A stretch of DNA of 64,000 nt, from NCBI GenBank assembly GCA_964187785.1, contig OZ076410.1, positions 85,312,001 through 85,376,000 on the forward strand, read 5' to 3'. The notes below the pieces were generated by a model that saw only the letters and a program-made list of their open reading frames with translations, had not been told where the DNA came from and ran no database searches. Of this stretch, positions 35,101 through 47,100 are shown in pieces. Within the stretch, counting starts at the first letter, position 1; every line of letters begins with the position of its first letter. The translations under genes were made by a program, and so were the position numbers. The stretch comes from Amphiscolops sp. MND2022. Taxonomy: Eukaryota.

Positions 35101-38100
35101 CCAAAGTGTGCCTTTCATGCTCGATATGACTGGAAAATCACTTTTCCCGACTGGAAACAAAAAAAATTGAGATTTTTTTTGAAAAAAAAAATTTTTGAAT
35201 TTCTTTTTTGAAAAAAACTTCGAAAACGTCGCATAGAGCCGAAAAATGAAAAGGGGAGACCCTTTGGGATTCATTAACATACTTTTTGTTGCAAAATATC
35301 AAAAAATCCGAAGGGGGACTCTTTTGAGACATTAAAAGTTTTCGAAAAAAAAATTCGCACAGTGCCGAAAAAAAATTGAAAGGGGGGACCCTTTGGAGTC
35401 TTCCGGTTTTGTAGGTTACGTAAAAAAGGTAAAAAACGAAAGGGGGGACCCTTTGCAGTAAGTTTGCATTGGTCGAACATGGCCTGAGTGAACTTATCAG
35501 TTTCTGTAAAAAGTGGTACATACGCGATGAGCTCTGTGGTCTGACGAAAAAAAAAGAAAAAAAAAACTAGCCACTGTAATAGTCGGGCTTTTTTCCTTAA
35601 AGGAAAAGGCGCCGACTAAAAAACTAGTCAATGTAATAGTCGAGCACTTTTTTCTAGAAAAGCGCCGTCTAAAAAACAACATTCAATTATTTCGAACTTT
35701 CCGCGACATGACACTGATTGCTTTAGAGTGTTTTCGAATGTATTTTAGCAACTCTTTTGATATGTCGAGTATGTCAGAATAGCACTTTGCAACTGGAAAA
35801 AGTAAGGTTATTAGCATGTAGCTCGCTATTTTTATATGAAACCAAATTCCATTCAGATATTAAAGAAACAACTAATTTAAAAAAACGGAAAAATCTCACC
35901 TTAGTGAAACCATCCAGAAATGTGCAGTTGAATACAACCGAGAATTCATCTCTGATAGTTGCGATACTTTCAGTGATTATAGCAGGTGCCAACGGGTATG
36001 TCGACTCAGTTAGCGTGAACACCCTGACCATTGGAGGATCTCCTTTGCTGTGTGCGTAACACTTCAGCTCATAGTTTTCCCCAGGAATGAGTTGTCGAAA
36101 TAGAATGGTATTTTCCAAACTAAAATAAAGTTTGCAGTCTCAGCGAACGCGTGTTCACATTCGCAAACTTGAAACTTTCCAACTAGTTGTAAATTAGACT
36201 AGATGCTAAGAGAGACGACTCAAGAAAGAAAATAATCTCGTCATTAAAAAGGTCAGCTATCTACGTTTTATGAAAACTTTAAAAAAAAGCGTATCATTTC
36301 TTTTCTATTCCACAATTGCATTCCCATGTTGAGCTTTCCTTGAGAATCTGTACAGATCTGTGCGCCTTTTTTTCCTTGAGGATCTGTGACGATCGTGCCA
36401 CTGCTACGTAAGGACAACTGCATATCTGCAAGGATCTTTACAGACGTTGAAGGATTTTCTGTACAGATTTTTCAGGAAATTTATTCAGAGCTTTTAACGA
36501 ACTAATGTAATGATTTTTCGCGCTTTTTCAACTACTCTACCGAGTATTTTAGCAATTTCAGAACAGTGCACTCGAAGTTTTAAATATTTATAAAGATACG
36601 CTTGGCATCATTGGCGGAAAACTAAAAACTTTTTATAAAAATATGAAATTTGAGAACTTTACTATGGAACAATGGATATAACACATCAAAAGATAATAAA
36701 ACAACTTCAATAAAAATGAAACTGTCGTGATCATCCCTACAGTCTAATGAACCAAATGAACCGTCCCTTGACTGGGGATGATGGTTAGAATTCATTGTAA
36801 TTGGAATATGGGTATTTTAACAAACATTTTGATGTTTTCTACCTTCGATGTTCCTGCTTAGTCTACTGGACCTTGAGTCCACATTTGTCCCAAACCTGCT
36901 ATTTTGGCCAGAGAGTGAACTTTACAAAGAAGGACGTATAGTTTCATGGAAAGCGGAACTTATAGACTCAGTATATTAATCTGAGTGTTCAAATCCCTTT
37001 TCACTTCATTTAATTTCCTTAATACTTGCTGAGTTATCTCAGTGCTAATAAATCTGGTAGTATCAATTTGAATTCCGTTCTCACTTCTACTTCCAGTATT
37101 CTGAAAGTTCTGAAATCTTCACAGTTTGATATCATGTTCTGTTTGGGCCCAGACCTTGGGTCCACTTCAATACTTTCACCTAATCTCTCATACGATTGGT
37201 CTCTTGAGTAAATCCCTGACATGTGTTGCAAATTTCGCATGAACAGCATAAAAAAGCACTGGTTTGCATGACATAAAATTGTACTTAATTTTACATGTTG
37301 ATCTCCAAAATGGTATTTCAGTCATATGTCAAACATAGGCTAGTGGACCTGTAGTCCGTAAGAAAATATAAAATCGTGCTAAAGCGGTTTATGAATACTA
37401 ATTGTTCATAAAAGTTGTTCTCTCGTGGACTGGTGGTCTACGAGGCCTCTAGTGGCAGTGTTCCAGGGGGAAGGGTCATGTCATTGTCTTCGACAGGTGT
37501 AACGTGATACCTATTGCCATTGCAGGCGGCAGTCTGTGACAGAAGCACAGCATTGACAAAAACCCTCATCGAAACTGCATTTCTTGACATCAGCGGTTGG
37601 CGGAAATCTCCTCGTAAGATCATTGGCGAAGACCTCAAGAACTCTTAGATAAATTCTATAACACATCAAAAGATTAAGAAAACAAATTCACGGAAACTTA
37701 AAGACAGCAAAGATTTTGGTTCGTCAAAAACCCTCATTGCAACTGCATTTTTTGACATCTGTGATACATCTGGGTACATTCTGGCAGAAATTACTCTCAT
37801 TCTGCGGTGTCCCCAAGCATGTTCCACATGTTCTCTATGTAACGTCAGCCACCTAGCAGAGTACATCATAGAAGTGGGATAATGCCTAGGGTGCTTAAAC
37901 AGGAGACCGATGTCTTACTACAGCCCTAGACAGTAGTACTTAATCCCGAAGTGGTCTCCTAAAAGGGACTTTTTCAAACGTCAAAGGCTCCTCAGTTAGA
38001 GCTCTGTGGCCACGTGCCGGCGCACTCAAAATCCGGACACGTCCCACAAGCCTGTAAAAACATACCTAAAGCTTCCTGCGACTTCCCACATACCTCCGAG

Positions 38101-41100
38101 GTCCGAACACAGGGGTTTAGCTAAAGTACATTTTAATTAGATGAATAACGTCTAAAATATGAAAAATAGGGGTTAAACATCACCAAATATCCGCAAAACC
38201 ACAAATACGGTACAATTGATTGAAGAAACATCAGGCGTCAGTGTCAGCTAGTCTTTGATCTGCTAGGTGGCACATGCAAAATATGCAAACTTCTGAGTTT
38301 CTTCATCTTCTGGGCCATTTTCGGGTTCCACTGGTAACTGGGATGTCTTCCAAGGGAGATGGCACCACACGGCAATTTCGGGGATACTTCTACGGCGGGG
38401 TGTTCTCTCTCGGGCTGGGTGGGGGTGTGGGGGATCTTTTTCCTCTTTTCTATCATCCTTTTCAATCTCCAGAAACCTGTCAGGTCGGCCATTGTGAATT
38501 GCACATTTCGAATTTTTCATCGAAATTTTGTAAATTTCGTTCGCCGACTGCTGCACGTTACACAAGGATTGGTTTTACTTGTTGGACTTCAATTTGATGG
38601 AAAAGCGATAATAGCATCTGAATTGCTTCTGTGGAGTCTGTACGACTCTGTTAAGTACTGCACGGAAACTGATTTCCAAAGCTTCGATTAGGATGTGTTT
38701 ATCTTGTAGATCACTTTTTATTAGCTAATTTCAATTTGAAAACTGTATTTACGACTAATTGATTTTCAATATATCCTGATTTATCTGTCAGGATCTGTAC
38801 CGATTTGTACAGATTCGCAGGGAGGGCTCAGCATGGTTTTTTTTCAACAGCAAAGTGAAGTCAAAAATCTGAGTCATTCATGGAATCTGATACTTGGCGA
38901 TTTCAAGTTTAATTTAAAAACACTATACATTTAACGTTATCGAATCGAGTTCAATTTCTCTGCAGACCTTTTAATGGAAGCGTATTTATGAGTTCGGTGC
39001 AATGGCAATTATCATAAAAAATACTTTTCAAAATACTTTTACAGCGTGAGTTTTCATTGATAAGTTGTCGCTTTACGCTTTTCAGGTTGTCCAAACACGT
39101 TTTTTGTTCACCTAATACGCGTTCTCGTTTAGATACCTTGTATCTAAAATGACGTGGTTTTTCTGACGATTCAGATCACCTCAATTTTAAATGAAAAAAC
39201 TCTGGAAATTACCGATAATGGAATAGTTTTCTGAGGTTAAATATTGGCTCTATTAACACTGGTTAACTTCAATCATATCTAACAATCGTTTTTGCTATCT
39301 GCTATCTTAGCTTTCGGGCAATTTATTGATACCAACTTCATGCACATTGAGTTGTGGAGAACCTTTGGTATATTTTCATTCCGGCTGAAATCTTTTTCTC
39401 AGAAAATCTGAAACGCATGACTTTCAATAACTTTCACTTCAGCTAACGTCCTCATTGTTTCCCAAACAACACAGCAATTCTTTCGGAAATTGACTATTTA
39501 GGATTTGTTTTCGTTCCTGGGAAATCCTATGTACATTCTTGACTACGTTCAAACCATTATTTTAGACAGGAAAGAGATTTCAAACGTTAATCAGAGTCGA
39601 ACAAACTTTCTGAAAATTAGCAACGCAGTGTGCCAGAAAGAGAGAATTTTCTCTATAGGCAACTTACTTGAAATCTCTTTGAATTGTAGCGTTGTGCCCG
39701 GACTTCTCGCCCATGTATGAGAAGTTCAGAAGCGAACCAACTCCAGATTCGAAGTCGATTTGAAACTTGATTGATCTCTCCGTTGTCTCCTTTATTTCAT
39801 ACAGAAGTTCGTCATCCGTATATGTTGGTTGGTTGACTGCAAGCACAGAGCTGTTGAGTTGAAATGAGAGAGACTGGAAAAAGAAGGTGTAGTTTTCACC
39901 AGCAACCAAAGAGATGAATGTTAGTTGCTGAGGCTGTGTTGGAGCAACCTCACACCAAGGGTCGCAATTGCCATTTGTGGGCTCCAACCAATGCCGCAGA
40001 GTCTAAAAAACAGTTGCGCAATCATTGAACCTGAAGTACCAGTGTATTATAACCATGCAAAGTCAGATAATACGTTCAAATATACAATAATGCCCGACAA
40101 ATATAAATTTAAAGTTTGTCTTTAATATTAAACTCTGTGCTGTTTAAATTTGTCTTGTATACGCAGAACAATGTTAAAAGATTAATTCTCATACCAGAAA
40201 AAGTGATCATCTCCTGTTGATTGTTGTGCCATCTTTGTTTCCTCAGTGTCTTTGTTTTTAGAGAAAGTCTGTTGGTTCAATAATTAAGAAACTCGGTAAA
40301 GGCAACTGTATAACATTCCCCCTCTCCCTCCGGGGCTCTCATAGGAATCCGAACAGTGTCGCGTCTCCCGGGAGAAAGTGTGCGGGTTTCTTCACCGTTT
40401 CTGGCTGCAGCGTTTTTTCGATTCCAAGAAGTAGGACCCATAAAAATTTAGAGTTTTTAGACTGTCCCAAAGTTTTCAGTTAATGGTTTGCTACCGTATC
40501 TACTCGGTTTATTCGCATTTCGGTGTGACCGCCTAATTCTTAACTCAGAATTCTCACACTGCAATATCTCTCCATCTGTGTGAATCTGTATGACATCGTT
40601 TTCCGGATCGGCACGTATCGTTGCGTACTTCTCGTCTCTCGGAAGTGTCGCTCATAGTTTCAGCTTCCACCTGCATCTTCTTTTCTTCATCACCGTCGTC
40701 GTCTTTGTATTCTCTTCCTGAGTCCAGTTTCCAGTTTTGCACAAATTTCAGTTTCACGTTCATGATGTCCCTTAGGCTCCATTTCAATGTCATTATTTTC
40801 CATCCACCTCACGTAAGCAATGTCATGTCCCCCGGCATGGCTAGTACCGCTTCTCTCCTACTTTTCGCCACTCTCGGAACAGTGGACTCGAACTAAAATC
40901 TCGCTGTGGCGGTTTTATATGTTTTTGGAATTTCGCTTCCAAGGCTCTTCAGTGAGATTTTTCAAAAAATGTAAATGGGCAAATGGTTATCTAACTGCAT
41001 GGTCCTTCTTCGGTGATTTTTATGCTTCTCCTTTTTATCGGTATCCAACAGGAAAAAACTAATTCCATGATTTTTCCTTCTTTATTGAACCCCAATTCAT

Positions 41101-44100
41101 CGAATTTGACTTTCCTCGGTTACCGTATTATTTGAAGTTACCGTATAATTTGAAAATTTAGCACTTGTTTAGTTTCTTAGACTTCAAGGTTCTTAGACTT
41201 CAAGGTTAGTCATTTTGTAACCAAGCCAAATGAAACAAAAAGTTACACAGATAGAGTTTCCTGTTTATTTGGTGTTAAAAGTTTTCCGAAAAAAATACTG
41301 TATTGCTTATCAGTTCGATGTTTTTTGAAATTGCCTTTGAACCGTTTTGATCGATTTTTGAATCTCCTACTTGATGCTAGACAGGCTGACCCTTCTGCTC
41401 TATATCTTTCATATTATGCGGCCACTAGAAACTTTCGTCTCCCGCTTTCATCTCCGTCATCGCTGCGTGCCCAAAGTAGACCAAAAGTACCAGACCCCAC
41501 CATCTATATAGTTACTCAAAAGCCGTTTTGTAGCCTTCCAATGCTGCTTTGTTCTTCTTGCTTCGCATGCCTGATTTCACTCGTGTCATGTCACCTCCTG
41601 ATCAGTTGCCGGTTCCAGTTCTTCGTGAAATTTAAATTGACGCGTTTAATGTTCTCTCCGTTATTATTCCTTCGTCGATAACTTTCAAACCAAACGAACT
41701 GATTGACTATAATGGGCATTGCCTTTTTTGAGTTTGAAAGTTACTCATATCTACAATATTTAGATTGTCGCCCCTCATGACCACAATGTCTTCCACTGTA
41801 TACACTTGATAAGCTTCCACTTCACATCTTTCCGGTGTTTCGCCGCCCACCAATGGTTGGTTCCCGTGTTTGTATGTCGAAAATCTCATCCCAGCTTCTT
41901 TTGTTAGGCCTGAGGGGCACGAATTTTGCCTTCGAAAATGAGGATCGTCCCATGATTCCACGTCATGATACTGTGTTTCTCTGTTCCACTAACCCTCACG
42001 TCTCTAAGCCTTTGTAATTCCTTAAGATAAAATTCATAACTTTGCGGATCACTTCCCAGTTGTAGAAATTCACTCGATCCAACTTAACAGAGTGACAATT
42101 TGAAATGGTGAGCTGTTACGTTTCGAGTGCCCGGATTTCTATTCTTGCCCGGTACCCGGTCTTTTTGGTTTAGTTACTACGTCGAATAGTTTCATTTTGT
42201 GTTATGGTTTTCTTCCGGTGTCACTACCATTACGTCGTTTAACCATCCCGGGCTATAGTATTCGAGTGTTCGCAAGGTCTCTCCCCAGTAAGTGAGAATA
42301 CACATAGTTGACTTGTCCCAACCTTAGTTGTCTGAATGTGTAATTGGCGTCTTGTTTTGGTTTTGATATGTGTTACGACTATTCACTGGAGTTGTTTTGG
42401 ATATAGCCGTATTTGTTTTTACTGGGGTGGACGTCCGAGCTAGGGAGATGTTCTTAGTTTCGGAATCAGAGTCTAGGGCGTTTTGGTCGACAGATGATTT
42501 TTCGTTTATTGTTGCTACAAGTTTCATCATTTCCTTTTGGTTTTCTGCTAACAATTTTGCCAGATCATTATTTCTTTTCTCAAAGTTACTTTTATCTCCA
42601 AGTTTTCAGGTTGTACTCTAGGAGATTTGCTAGAACCCACAATTCAGGTTGATTATTTTCAGTTACAGAAGTTTCAAACTCCTCAGAAATAAGCTCAGCT
42701 ACTGCTTTTCTTTTCTGACTTCTCGTTGTCATTTTAGTTGAAAATTAAAGGTCTTCGGTAAAAATGATTTCTTCGAAGAAAGTCAAGGTTTTATCAACGG
42801 AGATTCTCGTTTCAGAACAGCAAAAAGTACAAACTAAAAGTTACATGTCCACTTTAAATGCTAAAACAACAAGGCCCGATTAGATAGCGTAATCATAAAG
42901 CACTACAAAATTGTAGAAACCAACAAGAATACAAATCCGCATTGCACTCGGTTAAAGTTCGCATATTAAACTAAGAGTCTTACACAAGTTAAGGGAAAGT
43001 ACAACGCATCAACAACGGAAAATACCTTCTCATCAGTCTATGACAGAGGCAGCTCATCACAACAATAACCTAACTCAACTTTTCCGAAAATTTAAAAAAC
43101 GGAAACCTTACGTTGCTTTTAGTAGAACTGAATATGAGATAACAATAGGACATGTAATATTATCCTCTAAAAGGTAGTTTGCAACGTAAGATCAACGTAA
43201 CTTCCTTATTGCAAGCTTAGCACAATTCAAGCATATTAAATAATTGACAACATGATTTTCCAATTGTTCCTTACTGTACAGCTTTTTCTATATGAACTCC
43301 TCATTCTCTAGTGCATCGTTTCCTGACAAATATCAATAGAAATTATTCCAAAACGTCATTCCGTAGTTACAATTCTGCAATTTGTTCCGTAGCTGCTCCG
43401 TACGTAATGAGATTAGGTATAGCTCTGTGATGCTACAATTTGCTCCGTAGTCTCTCCGTACGTATTAAGATTAAGTGTGATCAAGCAGAGGCAGGCAGGG
43501 ATGTAGTGAAGCGCGTAGGCATTCATTTCCGTTCTGTTAGCTAAACGGCATTGCTATGGTAACATTCTTATTAGACTAATATCGCGTCCTATTGGAGTGC
43601 GCTCAAATAACTCGACTAAGGGATGACGCTATTGGTCCGTAAAAAGAGAAACGCCGCCTATTAGCTAAGTGGAGTGACGTTGTCATAACGTTGTAATAAT
43701 TCGCTTAAACTGCTCGAGTGTACTTTAAGTGAAGTCTAACAGCTGCTTCTAATATCGAAATACCAATCCAATTTTCTATTTTGTATGTTCGTTTCATTTT
43801 AAAATATATGATTTCCGTTGGGATTGCGGATTTAGATATTGTTTTTGATGTTTCTTTTCAGGTAATCAAAAGTAATAGTTTCAATTTTCAATAGTTTTTT
43901 CGATATTTACATTAGTATGGAAATTCAGAAAACAAAACCGGAAGTAAAATAGTCACGCGCAACACCTATGGACCGGAAGTTTCATTTAGGTTGAAATCAT
44001 TTCCTATTAATGCCACCTAGCATGCGCGTTTAAACTTGTTATTCGGAAACATCGTCCATCAAAGGTGTAGTTGTACTGTAATTGAAAATTGTTAGTTTTC

Positions 44101-47100
44101 ATTAGTTTAGTTTAACAATACTTCCTGTGCCCGTGACCGAGACTTCCTGGCAGACCTGGAATGCCGCAGCAGCATGAATGACAGCGACTGGGAGCGGGTC
44201 GCAACAATATGCATAACTGTTCTTTTCGGTCCCGGGTAGTTTCTTCCAAACTTTTCTTCACTTTTTTCACATGCTCGGCATATGTCTTCTCCTACGCAAC
44301 TCTCATTCACGTTTCGAGGTTCGAGTGCTGTCTTCACTGACTTGTTTCTTTGAACGAAAATACTTTCGGAGATACAAAACATCTTCATCCGCTTCATCGC
44401 ATCTTCATCCTGGAATTTATTATTTCGTCTAGTTCTTTCTTCTCGCAGATGCAACTTTATCAGACTTCTTTTTTTTGTTTTATCGGATATTATCCCGGTT
44501 TGAGTTGTAACCTATTTTCGTGTTCTTTGATTGTTTTTTGATTTCAAACAAAACCATAACTCGATTGAATACTTTCTCTTTATTTGAATTGTCTTGGCCA
44601 ATTTTATCTTCCGACGGCTAGTTTGAATTTTCAACATTCAGTTGATTCTGATTAGTTGTGTAATATCGACTCTTTCGATGAATAACATTTACATTTTCGT
44701 TTTGTTTTTCTCGTATTCAATGCTTGGCTGCATTATTCCCCGCAATGTCATTTCGTATGCGCTCATCTCTTGGTGTTAGAAAAGATGTCTATCAAGGCGG
44801 GATATATTCAATCTTTTCTCTTGAAATTATGTAATGCAGTGAATCATACATTCAAAAGACAATGTGTTTCAGTCAGTTCATATAGTAGTTTGATGAGTCA
44901 TTTATGACAGGCTCCACCCCCCCCCCAAGCTGCAAGAAGGAGAGAGGGGCCAGGCGACTATGTGGTGAAGAAAAATGATTGAGCGAGCGAACCGTTACGG
45001 GGCGAAAACAGGCGAAAGCGAGACGGCCGGGCGTTCGAAGGTTCCGTATGCTGTTTTAACAGTGCACACTCGGGTAACACCATCTTTCCCAGGATGGGTG
45101 GCTGTTATTTTTCCCAGTGGCCATATGCCTCGAGGAGTGACGTCTTGCAGCAACCATACAATATCGTTAACTTTGAGAGGGGACGTTGCTTTGTTCCATT
45201 TCTGTCGTCGATCCAAAGCTGGCAAGTACTCCTTCAAGAATCGTTTCCAAAAGTGGTTCGAAACTTTTTGGACTTCTTTCCAGGAATTGAAGGACAGCGG
45301 TTTATCTGTTTCTTCAAAAACAATGGGTGGTATGTTTGCGAATGGGCGGTGTAGAAGGAAGTGGTTTGGTGTAAGAGGTTCTTCATTTTCTGGCTGGTCG
45401 TTGACATGGGTGAGTGGTCGCGAATTCAACATCAGCTCGGTTTCGGCTAAAATTGTTGTGAAAAATTCGAGCGTCAGTTCTTGGGATCCAAGGATAATCA
45501 GAAGTGTTCGTTTTGCGGTCTGGATCATCCTTTCCCAGGGACCACCAAAATGAAGCGCAGAAGGAGGATTAAAATCCCAACAGATTTCTTCTGCGTGAGG
45601 AATTTTATTCTGAACAGCGGCGATCCCATCGTTCAGACAGGCTTGCAGTTCACGGCGCGCTCCGACAAAGTTCTTACCGTTATCGGAACGCAGTAGACGC
45701 GGTTGTCCTCGTCTGGCAATGAAGCGGCGGAATGCATTCTGGAAGCTACCAGTAGTCATGCTAGAGCAGGATTCGAGGTGGCAGGCGCGGGTGACGAGAC
45801 AGTTGAAAATGATGCCGTAATGCTTTTCAGTCTTACGGCCGTTGACAATGAAGAAGGGACCGAAGAGGTCAACTCCAGTTTTTTCGAACGGGAACGGTGA
45901 TTTCGGGCTGGGAAAGCGTTGTTGTGGTAACGGAGCCTATTCTGGTTGGGCGTTTTCAGCACGGAAACGGCGGCAGATGAAACAGCGATAATTGATTGAG
46001 CGCAACGCGGCTCGGATACCGAGAACTTTGAATCGTTGTTCGACAAAAGCTTTAACGAATTCGGGTCCGGCATGACAACAGATTTCATGAGCGTGCTTCA
46101 AGTAGAGTTTTGTTATGGGCTCCTTCGAGTCGAGGAGTACGGGAGTACGAATTGCTTGAGCGAGCGGTGCGTATACGAGGCGGCCATGAGAGCGCAAGAG
46201 TGAATCTTGATCGATGAAGGGTCGGAAAGGTATGAGTTTGTCGCGCGAGGTTGGATCCAGATTTCGACGCAGCTGATGAAAAGTAGAGGCAAACGACAGA
46301 GATTGCGATTGTTTGATAAGCGCATGATTGGCTTTGCGAAAGTCTTCAGAGATCAGTGTTGAAGGTGAAGTCGGTGAACGAAGGCGACGGACGAAACGAA
46401 AAACGTTGGCGACGACTTTTAGTAGGTTGCTCCAGGTGGAAAAACGTTCAGTGTCGAAAAGGACTGACTTTTGATCAATAACGATGGCTGTACAGGTTGT
46501 TTGCGGTCGTTTGGGCCAATTTTCGGCCGATTCATTGAGAAAGGATGGACCTTCGATCCATTTGGCGGGTACCGTGATCTGCAGGGTTTTGTTTGGTTGG
46601 AACGTATTTCCAATCCAGCGGGTCAGAATGTAGAGTAATTTCATTGACTCTGTGGGCGACAAAACTCTTGAGTTTGTTCTGTCGCTGTATCCAGTTCAAA
46701 ACGACACAACTGTCGGTCCAGAACTTCACAACTGGGAAGGAGCAAGAGAAAGCGTTACGGACGATTCGGAGCAGACGGACTCCAAGAACGGCGGCTTCAA
46801 GTTCCAGTTTTGGAATGCTTTTTTGCTTAATCGGGGAGACACGGCTCTTTCCGATGACGAAGGTTTGTTGAGCTGACGTATGCGAAAAAGTTGGTTGACG
46901 AGCATAAATGACAGCGGCGAAAGCGGAATTGGATGCGTCTGTAAAGACGTGGAGTTCCACGGTTGTGGCTGATCGGGAAGCACGGCGAGGTACGGACACG
47001 GTCGGCATTGCGCGGTAACAATCAGTGAGTTTATTCACGGAGGTTTGGATGTGATCGGGAATGGCCTGGTCCCAAGTTTGACCAAGTTTCCAGAGAGATT

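Noticed and set aside
37034-37249. Minus-strand ORF with plausible splice sites as an extra FN3 exon
   Set aside because: Its phases (1 and 0) do not fit the flanking phase-2 junction. Exons 39668 and 36119 already join cleanly, and it lies inside a TIR element.
37845-38275. Inverted pair of CTGCTAGGTGGC motifs resembling CTCF sites
   Set aside because: A 12-bp match inside a repeat is weak evidence. It is more simply inner inverted repeats, and CTCF presence in this organism is unknown.
44107-44454. 115-aa minus-strand ORF as a gene
   Set aside because: It crosses the solo-LTR boundary and TSD. It is a chance fusion of Gypsy RT relic and LTR sequence.
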